Assembly: GCA_965238075.1 (NCBI GenBank)
Contig: OZ250173.1
Coordinates: forward strand, 2,688,001-2,752,000
Direction of reading: 5' to 3'
Source: Candidatus Entotheonellaceae bacterium
Lineage (GTDB): Bacteria > Tectomicrobia > Entotheonellia > Entotheonellales > Entotheonellaceae
DNA length: 64,000 nucleotides
Each line of letters starts with the position of its first letter. Within the stretch, counting starts at the first letter, position 1. This document shows, in pieces, positions 39,820 to 49,060 of this stretch. Both the position numbers and the translations under genes were made by a program. The notes beneath the pieces were generated by a model. That model ran no database searches and was not told the origin of the DNA. It saw only the letters and a program-made list of their open reading frames with translations.

Positions 39820-40437
39820 TCAGAACAAGCCCCAAACGGCTCCCTTCAGCCACACGTAGCCTCTGTACCCGAAGAAGATGATCAGCAGGGAAATAAAGAG
39901 CGCCAGCAGACTGCACAGAATGCCGGCCAGCAGCAGCACGCCATCGTCTTCTAACAGCGAGAAGCCGATGAGAAAAATGCCGAACGCCGGCGCCGTGTTG
40001 GTCCCCGGAATCGGCAGCAGCATGGAGCACGCCAGCGCGCAGACGATGATACCGATAACAGCACGCATGGCCGGCGCCCGCACCAGCCCGATGAGGCGCG
40101 GGCTGGAGAACCGTTCGACAACCTGCACGAGGCGCAGCATCGCGTCCACCACGCGGCGGTTGAAGCGGGCGGTGTTGAAGGGCCTTTGCCGTAGCCTGGC
40201 GGGCAGCCAGAGATTGTCGTATCCCGCCAGCAGGCGCAGGCCGATGATCAGGAGCGGGACCGCCAGCAAGGTGGAGTATCCGGCGGCCGGCACGGGCAAC
40301 GCCGCCGGGACGGAGAACAGGATCAGAATGACCGCCATGCCGTGGCGGTCGAGCTCCTCAACCAGTTCGCCGCAGGTGATGGGGTTTCGGTCGGGGTCGA
40401 AGACGGACTCGATGAGGTTGGAGAGCGCTGGTTTCAC
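39820..40437 (-). CDS. exoD: ExoD family membrane protein
   Basis: PAALPVP, LWLP, LPIPGTNTAPA, EDDG motifs; start approximate (GTG 40437). Confidence 0.85.
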   Translation of the reverse strand: MKPALSNLIESVFDPDRNPITCGELVEELDRHGMAVILILFSVPAALPVPAAGYSTLLAVPLLIIGLRLLAGYDNLWLPARLRQRPFNTARFNRRVVDAMLRLVQVVERFSSPRLIGLVRAPAMRAVIGIIVCALACSMLLPIPGTNTAPAFGIFLIGFSLLEDDGVLLLAGILCSLLALFISLLIIFFGYRGYVWLKGAVWGLF

Positions 40438-40499
40438 GTCACGATCCTGTTGATGACTGAACGGCAATCGAAGGTGAGGGGCGCGCGTGGCGGGGACGT

Positions 40500-40528
40500 T
40501 TGCCCCGCCTAGGTGCTTCGTGTATAGT
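40500..40528 (+). promoter_or_regulatory. Sigma70-like promoter positioned for a leaderless Fur-family mRNA
   Basis: TTGCCC-N17-TATAGT ending 6 nt before ATG 40535; no SD sequence. Confidence 0.6.
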
Positions 40529-40534
40529 CCGCCC

Positions 40535-40912
40535 ATGGACCGTAACACCCGACAACGCCAAGCGATACGCAGGATTTTTGAAGAAGTCGACCGCCCGCTG
40601 AGCCCCCAGGAAGTGCTTCCGGCCGCCCAATCCTACGTGCCGGGACTGGGTATCGCCACGGTGTACCGCAACCTCAAAGCGCTGGTTACAGATGGCTGGT
40701 TGGAGTCGGTCGCCCTGCCCGGCGAACCGCCGCGCTATGAAGTGGCGGGCAAGCGGCACCACCACCACTTCCGCTGCCGCACCTGCGTTCGCGTCTTCGA
40801 GATCCACGGCTGTTCCACGAATCTGGCGCAGCTCACCCCGCGCGGTTTCCGCCTTGAAGGCCATGACGTCGTGCTTTACGGCCTCTGTACGGCCTGCTCC
40901 AAGATCGTGTAA
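40535..40912 (+). CDS. Fur family transcriptional regulator
   Basis: TRQRQAI, GIATVYRNL, HHHHFRCRTC, C-terminal CTAC. Confidence 0.92.
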   Translation: MDRNTRQRQAIRRIFEEVDRPLSPQEVLPAAQSYVPGLGIATVYRNLKALVTDGWLESVALPGEPPRYEVAGKRHHHHFRCRTCVRVFEIHGCSTNLAQLTPRGFRLEGHDVVLYGLCTACSKIV

Positions 40913-40930
40913 GGCCAAGGGCGGCACGGT

Positions 40931-41248
40931 TCAAGATGAAGTCCGAAAAGCGTTGGTCGCGGTAACCAAGGCTGGCGTCCCGCCGAACAGATAGGCCACT
41001 TCCACCGTTTCCGTTATTTCCGCTTCAGAAGCCCCGGCCGCTCGGGCACGGTTGGCGATGGTGGCCACCCCCTCCGGGTGCGCCATGATGGCGTCGACGA
41101 GCATGGTCATAAGGATTTTGTACTTGGCCGGGATGGCCCCATCCGCAAGTATTCGCTGCCGCTGGGCGAGGTATAGGTCACTGAATTCGGGGGCGCGCTG
41201 CTGCAGGCCGGCAATCCATTCCGGCAAGGTGTTCTGATCCATCGTCAT
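40931..41248 (-). CDS. Carboxymuconolactone decarboxylase (CMD/AhpD-like) family protein
   Basis: DGAIPAKYK, ARAAGASEAEITE, FGGTPA. Confidence 0.85.
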   Translation of the reverse strand: MTMDQNTLPEWIAGLQQRAPEFSDLYLAQRQRILADGAIPAKYKILMTMLVDAIMAHPEGVATIANRARAAGASEAEITETVEVAYLFGGTPALVTATNAFRTSS

Positions 41249-41386
41249 GTTTCCTAATCTGGATGCGGGGATCGGTCATTGGATACGCCAAAGGCCCCGA
41301 ACCTAGGGGGTTCCTCAGCGGAAGTCAAGCATGGAGAACTCTATGGATGGCCCGCAGCGAGCGGCTGGGAGCCGAACGACAGTCGG

Positions 41387-42823
41387 GTGGCTGAAGCGCC
41401 GCTCGACTGGCAACGTCTGATCCCGGAAAAGCTGCTGCACTGTCTCTGGTTCGACCCCCGCTGGCGCCCCGCCGCCTTGCGCACCCTGGATGGCCAACCC
41501 ATCACCGTGCACTCCCCCGGACGCTGGAACGTCCACCCCGGCCCCGACTTTCAGCAGGCCACGATCACCTTCGCCGATGGCCAGCGACGCCGCGGCGACG
41601 TGGAAATCCACCGTTACGCCTCCGGCTGGACAGCCCACCGGCATCACGGCGACCCGCGTTACAACAACGTGATGCTGCACGTGTTTCTGTGGAATGACCG
41701 CAAGGATCAGGTGGTCGTGCGGGCCGACGGACAGCCCATCCCCCAGGTTGCCCTGGAAAACTACCTGCCACGCCCACTGCTAACATACCGCACCGATGTT
41801 GTCCTGGAAGACTACCCGCGCCAGAACGTGCCGTTGCCGGGCCGCTGCTACGAAGCCTTGCGGCGCCTGGGACCTGATCAGGTGCGCGCCTTCTTGGACC
41901 GCGCCGGCGACGTGCGCCTGCGGGAGCGTATGGGGCGATGGGCGCCGCGGGTGTCCAAGGTGGACCTGGGACAGGCGGCGTACGAGGCGGTGATGCGGGG
42001 ACTGGGTTCGACCGGGCACCGGCAGCATTTCCAGGAACTGGCCCGCAGCGTTTCCTGGCGGGAAGCGCAGGATTGCCTGGACGGCGTGCCGGCGTCAGCG
42101 CGCCGACTGGCTGCCGAGGCGCTGCTTCTCGGCGTGGCGGGGTTGCTTCCCGACATCGACCACGCCGGCCGCTTTGACGACGACACCCAGCGCTACGTCG
42201 GAGACTTGTATGAGCATTGGCTCGGCTTCCCTGCCGCCATTCGGCAGCGTGCCTGGCATACGGTCAACTGGCGTCAACCCAACGTGCGCCCGGCCAATAG
42301 TCCCGAACGCCGTCTGGCGGGCATGGCCTGTCTCCTGGACGCCTGCCACGGCACGACGTTGACGGACGCCGGCGCGTCGCTGTGCAGCAGTTCGGCAGCC
42401 GACAACAACGCCAAGTCCCGTGAGCTTTGTAACGCCCTCACCGCCCTGCTGATCTGCGGCGAGCCGTCGTACTGGACCCGTAGGCCGCGTTTCGGAAGCC
42501 GCCGAGGGCGTTCGCAGCACCTCATCGGCGCCGGGCGGGCGCTCACCGTCGTCATTGACGCCCTGTTGCCTATGCTGCTGCTCTTCGCCCAGCATCACGC
42601 CGATACGTCCCTGCGCAACAATCTCCTGGCCGCCTACCAAGCGGCGCCGCGCCTGCCGGACAACCACGCGCTGCGCTACATGGCGCGCCGTTTGCTAGGG
42701 GATGACGCGTCGCTGCTGTCCCTGGTTACGGGGGCTCGTCAGCAGCAGGGCCTATTGCAGGTGCTGATCGATCATTGCGGCAACGATGAGGGGGGTTGCC
42801 AGGGATGCGACTTTCCGCTGTGA
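41387..42823 (+). CDS. DUF2851 family protein
   Basis: EKLLHCLW, PGRWN..PGPDF, GDVEIH, W..HRHHGDPRYNNVMLHV, RPANSPERRLA, QQGLLQ, terminal C..GGCQGC; start uncertain (41279-41387). Confidence 0.82.
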   Translation: MAEAPLDWQRLIPEKLLHCLWFDPRWRPAALRTLDGQPITVHSPGRWNVHPGPDFQQATITFADGQRRRGDVEIHRYASGWTAHRHHGDPRYNNVMLHVFLWNDRKDQVVVRADGQPIPQVALENYLPRPLLTYRTDVVLEDYPRQNVPLPGRCYEALRRLGPDQVRAFLDRAGDVRLRERMGRWAPRVSKVDLGQAAYEAVMRGLGSTGHRQHFQELARSVSWREAQDCLDGVPASARRLAAEALLLGVAGLLPDIDHAGRFDDDTQRYVGDLYEHWLGFPAAIRQRAWHTVNWRQPNVRPANSPERRLAGMACLLDACHGTTLTDAGASLCSSSAADNNAKSRELCNALTALLICGEPSYWTRRPRFGSRRGRSQHLIGAGRALTVVIDALLPMLLLFAQHHADTSLRNNLLAAYQAAPRLPDNHALRYMARRLLGDDASLLSLVTGARQQQGLLQVLIDHCGNDEGGCQGCDFPL

Positions 42824-42849
42824 GGTCGGAATCTGAAGGGGCCGGGCTG

Positions 42850-43599
42850 TCAGGCGTGATACATCATCGCTGCCAAGACCAGCACCAACGTCTCGCCCAT
42901 CTCGTTTGTCGCCCCCAGTACGTCCGCGGTGATGCCGCCCAGGCGTTTGCGAAAGTAGGTTTGCAGGCCAAACGTTGCCAGGCTGACCAGGGTGCCGATC
43001 AACACCCCGCCGACGCCGCCAAAGCACACGACGATGATGAGCGACCACGGCAGGGTGGCGGTGAAGTGGTCCCGCCGCCGGGCGCCGCGCACGAACGGCT
43101 CGCCGAACCCGCCGCCCGGACGCGCGTAAGCGGAGAAGCAGGCCACCTGAACCATCGCGTAGCGGCTCAGGGTGCCCAGCAGCACCAGCGTCATCAGCAT
43201 ACCCTCGTCGGGTATAACGCTGAGGCTGGCAAACTTGATCAGCAGCACCAGCGCCACGCTCATGACGCCCATGGCGCCGAGGTGCTGTTCCTTGAAGATG
43301 CGGAGGGTGGTCTGGCGGTCATGACCGCCGCTCAGGCCGTCCATGGTGGTGGCGAGGCCGCTGAGGTGAACACCGCCGGTAACCAGGCAGAGGCCGGCCA
43401 GGAGCAGGGCGGCCACAATCGGCGGCGGAAAGACGTAGGCGAGCAGCAGGTAGAGGCTCCATAACGCGCAGCCAATGCCGGCGCCGACGAGCGGGTAATA
43501 CGCCATGGCGCTCCCGAACAGCTCCGGCGACCACGTATCCGTTGCCCGCAGCCGGTAGACCGTCAGGAGTCCCAGGGCGCGCCGTAAATCGTCCACCAT
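42850..43599 (-). CDS. cobS: Adenosylcobinamide-GDP ribazoletransferase (cobalamin synthase)
   Basis: YPLVG, TGGVHLSGLATTMDGL, LGAMG, LGGITADVLGA. Confidence 0.88.
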   Translation of the reverse strand: MVDDLRRALGLLTVYRLRATDTWSPELFGSAMAYYPLVGAGIGCALWSLYLLLAYVFPPPIVAALLLAGLCLVTGGVHLSGLATTMDGLSGGHDRQTTLRIFKEQHLGAMGVMSVALVLLIKFASLSVIPDEGMLMTLVLLGTLSRYAMVQVACFSAYARPGGGFGEPFVRGARRRDHFTATLPWSLIIVVCFGGVGGVLIGTLVSLATFGLQTYFRKRLGGITADVLGATNEMGETLVLVLAAMMYHA

Positions 43600-43807
43600 A
43601 GCCTTTATCTCCTCCAAAATCCGGCGTTTATGTTAGAGGGCATGACCGTTGCGGGCAAGGCCGAAGCGCCGTGTCTGGAAAGCCCCCGGGCCGTCGGGCT
43701 TCACGCGCTGGCGCTCGTGTTACCCTATCTTACAGGCTCAATTTTGCGCTCCGTTCGCTGTGGGCGGACGAGACCCCCGCATGACCCAATCAGGAAGGAG
43801 AAACGCT

Positions 43808-44713
43808 ATGCGCAAACCTGCCGTCAGCCTGGCCGCCGTTGCCGGACGCCGCCAGGCCACCTTGGAACTCGCCCAACGCCTTGAGCAGGAAGGATTCAGC
43901 GGCATTTATTGTCCGAGTTTTGGCGATGGCATGGGACTCTGCGAAGCCCTGGCCCTGGTGACCAAAGAGATTCCGTTTGGCACCAGTATCGCCAACATTT
44001 ACACGCGCCACGCCTACGACTATGCCCTGAGCGCGACACTCATCCACGAGTTGTCCGGCGGACGCTTCCGATTCGGCATTGGCGTCAGCCACGCACCGGC
44101 GCACACCCGTTTGCGGGTGCGGGTCGGCAAGCCATTGGGCGACATGCGGCAATTTGTTGAAGATTTGCAAACTGGCGCCCAGCGCAACGGCGACCTGCCG
44201 CCCATCGTGCTGGCCACCCTGCGCCGCAAAATGGTGCAACTGGCGTCGGAAATCGCTCAGGGCGCGGTGTGGGCCAATGCCGCCCGGTCACACGTGGCCA
44301 CGTCGCTCGGCCACCTGTCGCCGGTGGCCCGCCAGGACCCGAACTTCTTCCTCGGCAACATGATTCCGATTTGCATCGATGACGACAAAGCCGCCGCCGC
44401 AGCCGTCAACCGGCGAACCCTCACCGGCTACGTGCGCCTGCCTAACTACCAGAATTACTGGATTGAAGCCGGGTTTGAAGACGAGATGACGGCGATTCGG
44501 CAGGCCATTGCCAACGGCGAGGACGCCAGGATTCCGGAACTCATGTCCGACCGCTGGCTGCAGCAAGTCACCCTGTACGGCAGCGCCGCCGAGGTGCGCG
44601 AGGGCGTGGAAGCCTGGTACGACGTGGGTATCAATACGCCCATCGTCGTGCCGTCGTCCACGAAGGGCGGCCAGATGGTCGCGTTTCAGGAACTGCTTGA
44701 AGCCTGGCGATGA
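43808..44713 (+). CDS. LLM-class flavin-dependent oxidoreductase
   Basis: GTSIANIYTR, ELSGGRFRFGIGVSH, PPIVLATL; AAGGAG RBS. Confidence 0.88.
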   Translation: MRKPAVSLAAVAGRRQATLELAQRLEQEGFSGIYCPSFGDGMGLCEALALVTKEIPFGTSIANIYTRHAYDYALSATLIHELSGGRFRFGIGVSHAPAHTRLRVRVGKPLGDMRQFVEDLQTGAQRNGDLPPIVLATLRRKMVQLASEIAQGAVWANAARSHVATSLGHLSPVARQDPNFFLGNMIPICIDDDKAAAAAVNRRTLTGYVRLPNYQNYWIEAGFEDEMTAIRQAIANGEDARIPELMSDRWLQQVTLYGSAAEVREGVEAWYDVGINTPIVVPSSTKGGQMVAFQELLEAWR

Positions 44714-44757
44714 GGGAGGGTGTGCAGTTGGCAAGGCGGCGTCCGGTTTCTCGATGC

Positions 44758-46134
44758 TTACTGCGTGTTGACCGTCGCAATGACCGACATGCCCGGGCGC
44801 AGCATGACGCCGGGCGACGCTGACGGCTCGATGCGGATTTTGACCGGCACGCGCTGCACGACCTTGACGAAATTGCCGGTGGCGTTTTCGGGCGGCAACA
44901 GGCTGAAGATGGCGCCCGTGCCGGGGCTGAGGCTCTCTACGGTGCCGGAGAAGACCTCCTCGGGGTAGGCATCCACTTGCAGAGTGGCGCGCTGTCCGGG
45001 CCGCATGTACTGCAGTTGGGTTTCCTTGAAATTGGCCTCCACCCACACTTCCTGCAGCGGCACCAGCGCCAGCAACGGCCGTCCGGGCTGCACGACCTGT
45101 CCGATCTCCAGGTTTTTCTTGGCGACCACACCGGCAACCGGCGCCTTCAGCGTGGTGTATTGCAATTGCAGACGGGCGTAGGCAAGGTCCGCCTCGGCCT
45201 GCTGCAAGAGGGCCTGCGCGACCTTGACCTCTGCCTCCTGGATGTCAACGCTCTGATGTTGCGCCTGCGATCCCTCCACCGTGGCCTGGGCTTCCGCCAC
45301 CAATTCCTCTTCTCCCTGCACCATCTCCTGCTTCAGACTCAGGTCCGCCTTGGCAGCGTCCAATTCCTCGCGCGTCTGCTGCAGAGTTTCCGACTTGGCA
45401 CGTTTTTCGGCCTCCGCAGCCTGCAAGGCACTGAGCGCCTGGTCGAATTGCTGCTGCGCCACCACGCCGTCGGTTAAAAGGTTTTTCATCCGGTCGAAGC
45501 CGGTCTGGGCCATGGCGACGTGCACGTCCTGGGTGTCCACGTCGGCCTGCGCCGCAGCCACCGCGGCCTCCCAGGTGCGCAACCGCGCTTCGGCCTTTTC
45601 GGCGCCGTGCTGCGCCTCGCGCAGGGCGCTTTGGGCGGCCCGTAGGGAGGCGCCGGTGCGCACCGTGGCGTTGCTGGTGCTGTCCTGCGTTAACAGCACT
45701 TTCAGCTCGGCGTGCTGAAGGCGTGCTGCCGCCACCGCCACCATGGCTTTCGCCTGGACAACCCGGGCGGCAAAATCGTCGGGGTCGAGTTCCGCCAGTA
45801 GCTGGCCGTCTTCCACCTGCTGATGTTCGGAGGCGTATACGGTCATGACGGTGCCGCTGACGCGGGCGCTGATGGGCACGATATCGCCAGTCACATAGGC
45901 GTCATCGGTGGTCTCGTGGACCTGGTAGTAGCGCCACAATCGCAGCCCGTAAGGCGTGCTGACAGCGATCAGGATGAGACACAGCAGAGGGCCAAGGACG
46001 CGCTTGCGCAGCCACACGGGGCGGCTGCCGGCCAGCCGGGGTGCGGCGATGGGGTCCTCATTCACGTCCTGCGGGGAAGCGGGGTTGGAAGCGTGCGGGC
46101 CGCCCGGTTGGGCGCCGTGGCTTTCTTCGGCCAT
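44758..46134 (-). CDS. HlyD/EmrA family membrane fusion protein
   Basis: One TM, TDDAYV, long coiled coil, WVEANFKETQL, LLPPENATGNFVKVVQRVPV. Confidence 0.93.
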   Translation of the reverse strand: MAEESHGAQPGGPHASNPASPQDVNEDPIAAPRLAGSRPVWLRKRVLGPLLCLILIAVSTPYGLRLWRYYQVHETTDDAYVTGDIVPISARVSGTVMTVYASEHQQVEDGQLLAELDPDDFAARVVQAKAMVAVAAARLQHAELKVLLTQDSTSNATVRTGASLRAAQSALREAQHGAEKAEARLRTWEAAVAAAQADVDTQDVHVAMAQTGFDRMKNLLTDGVVAQQQFDQALSALQAAEAEKRAKSETLQQTREELDAAKADLSLKQEMVQGEEELVAEAQATVEGSQAQHQSVDIQEAEVKVAQALLQQAEADLAYARLQLQYTTLKAPVAGVVAKKNLEIGQVVQPGRPLLALVPLQEVWVEANFKETQLQYMRPGQRATLQVDAYPEEVFSGTVESLSPGTGAIFSLLPPENATGNFVKVVQRVPVKIRIEPSASPGVMLRPGMSVIATVNTQ

Positions 46135-46409
46135 TGTGTTGACTCCATGAGGGGCGCCCCGGTTCCTTAGGGACGCGATTTTGTGCGCGCCAGTGTTGGC
46201 GGGCAACCGCAATTAAAACGCTCTTGTCCAGAATTGAATCTTTAATTGTACCAGCAACAAGCTCCCGGCATGGGGGCGAATAGTATTCTGTCTGCAGACG
46301 GGATTGCAAACCGCGGTCACCGCCTCGGTCCCTATTGACTTTTGCCGGGAAGTCCAAACAATAACGCCCCGGCACCATCACAATCATTCCCGCTGTCAGG
46401 AGGCAGACC

Positions 46410-48014
46410 ATGACCGCAGTCGCGCAACCTCAACGTACCGGATGGAAATCGCTGCTGCTGGCGGGTCTGTTGCTGGCTTGTTGCAACGCCGTCATGGCAG
46501 CCGGGGGCACGCTTAAAATCATCCCGCATGCCGACCTGAAGAATACCGACCCGATCTGGACCACTGCCTACATCACCCGCAACCACGGCTACATGATTTA
46601 CGACACGCTGTTTTCGCTGGATGCCAATCTGCAGCCGCAGCCGCAGATGGTGGACACCTGGACCGTCAGCGACGACGGCCTGATCTACACGTTCATCCTG
46701 CGCGACGGGTTGCAGTGGCATGACGGCGCGCCGGTGCGGGCGGCGGATTGTGTGGCGTCGATCCAACGTTGGGGTAAGCGCGACGGCATGGGCCAGAAGC
46801 TGCTGGAATTCACCCAATCCCTCACCGTCGCGGACGACCGCACCTTCACGCTGACGCTTACGGAGCCGTATGGACTGGTGCTGGAATCTCTGGGCAAGCT
46901 GAGCAGCAACGTGCCGTTCATGATGCCGGAACGCCTGGCGAAAACCGATGCCTTTACCCAGATCACCGAGCCCATCGGTTCGGGGCCGTTCGTGTTCGTG
47001 AAGGACGAGTGGATACCGGGCAGCAAGGTCATTTACGTCCGCAATCCCGACTACGTACCGCGCCCGGAGCCGCCGAGCTTCGCTGCCGGGGGCAAGCGGG
47101 TGCACGTCGAGCGGGTGGAATGGCTGTACATCCCGAACCCGGCGACCGCGCAGGCGGCCCTGGTAGCCGGGGAGGTGGATTATTACGAACGCCCGCCGGT
47201 CGATCTGCTGCCTCTCATGGAGAGGGAGCCCGGCCTCACCGTAGCGGTAATCGATCCGCTTGGCACCCAGGGCTGGCTACGCCCCAATCACCTGCACCCG
47301 CCATTCAACCGCAAGGAGGCGCGCCAGGCGCTGCTGTGGATGGTCAACCAGGAAGATTATCTGCGGGTGATCGTCGGCGATCCGCAATTCTGGCGCACCT
47401 GCGGCTCGTACTTCATGTGCGGCACGTCGCTCGAGACTGATGTGGCCTCTGAGGCGCTCGTGCAACAGGACCTGGACAAGGCCAGACAATTGATGCAGGA
47501 CGCCGGCTACGCGGGTGAGACAATCGTGCTCATGGACCCGACGGACATCCCGCTTCTCCACGGCGCCTCGCTGGTCACGGCGCAGATGCTGAAGAAGATC
47601 GGTGTCAACGTGCAGGTGCAGGCGATGGACTGGAGCACGCTGACGTCGCGGCGGGTCGAGAAGAAAGCCCCCTCGGAGGGTGGCTGGCACTTGTTTCACA
47701 CCTGGGCGACGGGCGCCGACGTGGCCTCGCCGGTCAACAACATCGGCTTGTCGGGCGGCTGCGAGGAGAAAGCCTGGTTTGGCTGGCCGTGCGATGAGCG
47801 GCTCGAAAAGCTGCGCGACGACTGGGCGCGGGCCACGGATCCAGGGCAGCAAAAGTCCATCGCCGAGGCGCTGCAGCGCGCGGCGTACGACAACGTGCCG
47901 TACGTCAATTACGGCCAGTGGTTCCTGCCGACCGTGTACCGCAAGTCCCTTCAAGGCGTCATCGTCTCGCCGGTGCCGTTCTTCTGGAACATCGTCATAG
48001 CTGAGCAGGGGTGA
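46410..48014 (+). CDS. Peptide/nickel ABC transporter substrate-binding protein (family 5)
   Basis: Signal peptide; DPIWTTA, YTFILRDGLQWHDG, IGSGPF. Confidence 0.93.
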   Translation: MTAVAQPQRTGWKSLLLAGLLLACCNAVMAAGGTLKIIPHADLKNTDPIWTTAYITRNHGYMIYDTLFSLDANLQPQPQMVDTWTVSDDGLIYTFILRDGLQWHDGAPVRAADCVASIQRWGKRDGMGQKLLEFTQSLTVADDRTFTLTLTEPYGLVLESLGKLSSNVPFMMPERLAKTDAFTQITEPIGSGPFVFVKDEWIPGSKVIYVRNPDYVPRPEPPSFAAGGKRVHVERVEWLYIPNPATAQAALVAGEVDYYERPPVDLLPLMEREPGLTVAVIDPLGTQGWLRPNHLHPPFNRKEARQALLWMVNQEDYLRVIVGDPQFWRTCGSYFMCGTSLETDVASEALVQQDLDKARQLMQDAGYAGETIVLMDPTDIPLLHGASLVTAQMLKKIGVNVQVQAMDWSTLTSRRVEKKAPSEGGWHLFHTWATGADVASPVNNIGLSGGCEEKAWFGWPCDERLEKLRDDWARATDPGQQKSIAEALQRAAYDNVPYVNYGQWFLPTVYRKSLQGVIVSPVPFFWNIVIAEQG

Positions 48015-48032
48015 TCAAACGGTGACCACGCT

Positions 48033-48974
48033 ATGATTGCCTACCTGCTGCGCCGCCTGCTCGCCACGATTCCGGTGATGCTGGTGGTCGCGCTGTTCGT
48101 TTTCGCCCTGTTGCACCTCAGCCCCGGCGATCCCGCCGCGGTGATCGCCGGGGACTACGCCTCGCCGGAAGATATTGAACGCATCCGCCACAAGCTCGGG
48201 CTGGACGCGCCGCTGCATCAACAGTTGGGCATCTGGCTGTGGCAGGTCGTGCGGGGGGACCTGGGCACGTCGATCTTCTCCAACCTGCCGGTCTCCAAGC
48301 TCATCGGCCAACGTCTGGAGGCGACGCTGACGCTCACCGTCTGCACCATGATATTTGCTGTGCTCCTGGCGGTGCCGATGGGGGTGGTGGCGGCCTGGAA
48401 GGCGGGCACCTGGATTGACCGCTCGGTGATGGTGTTTGCCGTGCTGGGCTTTTCCCTGCCGGTTTTCTGGCTGGGGTTCCTGTTCATCTTCGGTTTTGCC
48501 CTCAAGCTTCAGATTCTGCCCGTTCAGGGCTACGTCAGCATTCGCGAAGGGCTGTGGCCCTGCCTGCGGCATCTGGTGCTGCCGAGCCTGACCCTCGGCA
48601 TGGTGTACATGGCGCTGATCGCCCGCATGACCCGCGCCAGCATGCTGGAGGTGCTGCGCGAGGACTACATTCGCACCGCCCACGCCAAGGGGCTGAAGCC
48701 GCACGTCGTGCTGCTGTGGCACGCCCTGAAAAATGCCTCCCTGCCGATCGTCACGGTTATCGGCGTGGGGGTCGCGCTGCTCATCGGCGGCGTCGTGGTG
48801 ACCGAGAGCGTCTTCGCTATTCCGGGCCTCGGCCGCCTCACGGTCGACGCCATCCTGCACCGCGATTATCCCGTCATCCAGGGGATCATTCTGATTTTCT
48901 CGGCTATCTACGTGCTGATTAACCTGCTGGTGGATCTTATGTACATGGTCCTCGACCCCCGCATTCGCTACTAG
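48033..48974 (+). CDS. Peptide/nickel ABC transporter permease (DppB/OppB-like)
   Basis: PGDPA, GDLGTS, EDYIRTAHAKG, RDYPVIQG, LDPRIRY. Confidence 0.94.
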   Translation: MIAYLLRRLLATIPVMLVVALFVFALLHLSPGDPAAVIAGDYASPEDIERIRHKLGLDAPLHQQLGIWLWQVVRGDLGTSIFSNLPVSKLIGQRLEATLTLTVCTMIFAVLLAVPMGVVAAWKAGTWIDRSVMVFAVLGFSLPVFWLGFLFIFGFALKLQILPVQGYVSIREGLWPCLRHLVLPSLTLGMVYMALIARMTRASMLEVLREDYIRTAHAKGLKPHVVLLWHALKNASLPIVTVIGVGVALLIGGVVVTESVFAIPGLGRLTVDAILHRDYPVIQGIILIFSAIYVLINLLVDLMYMVLDPRIRY

Positions 48975-48999
48975 CGGCAACGTATGTCCCCTTGTTGTT

Positions 49000-49041
49000 C
49001 CCTCTCCCCTGGCGGGAGAGGGTTGGGGTGAGGGGGAAATC
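49000..49041. repeat. BoxC-like palindromic element, copy 1
   Basis: CCCTCTCCCCTGGCGGGAGAGGGTTGGGGTGAGGGGGAAATC; last 30 nt identical to 60771-60800. Confidence 0.8.
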
Positions 49042-49060
49042 CAGGGAACACGAGCGTCTT

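Noticed and set aside
43600-43807. Cobalamin riboswitch upstream of cobS
   Set aside because: No recognisable B12-box or GCCACTG/GGGAAG elements on either strand by eye; an Rfam cmscan would be decisive
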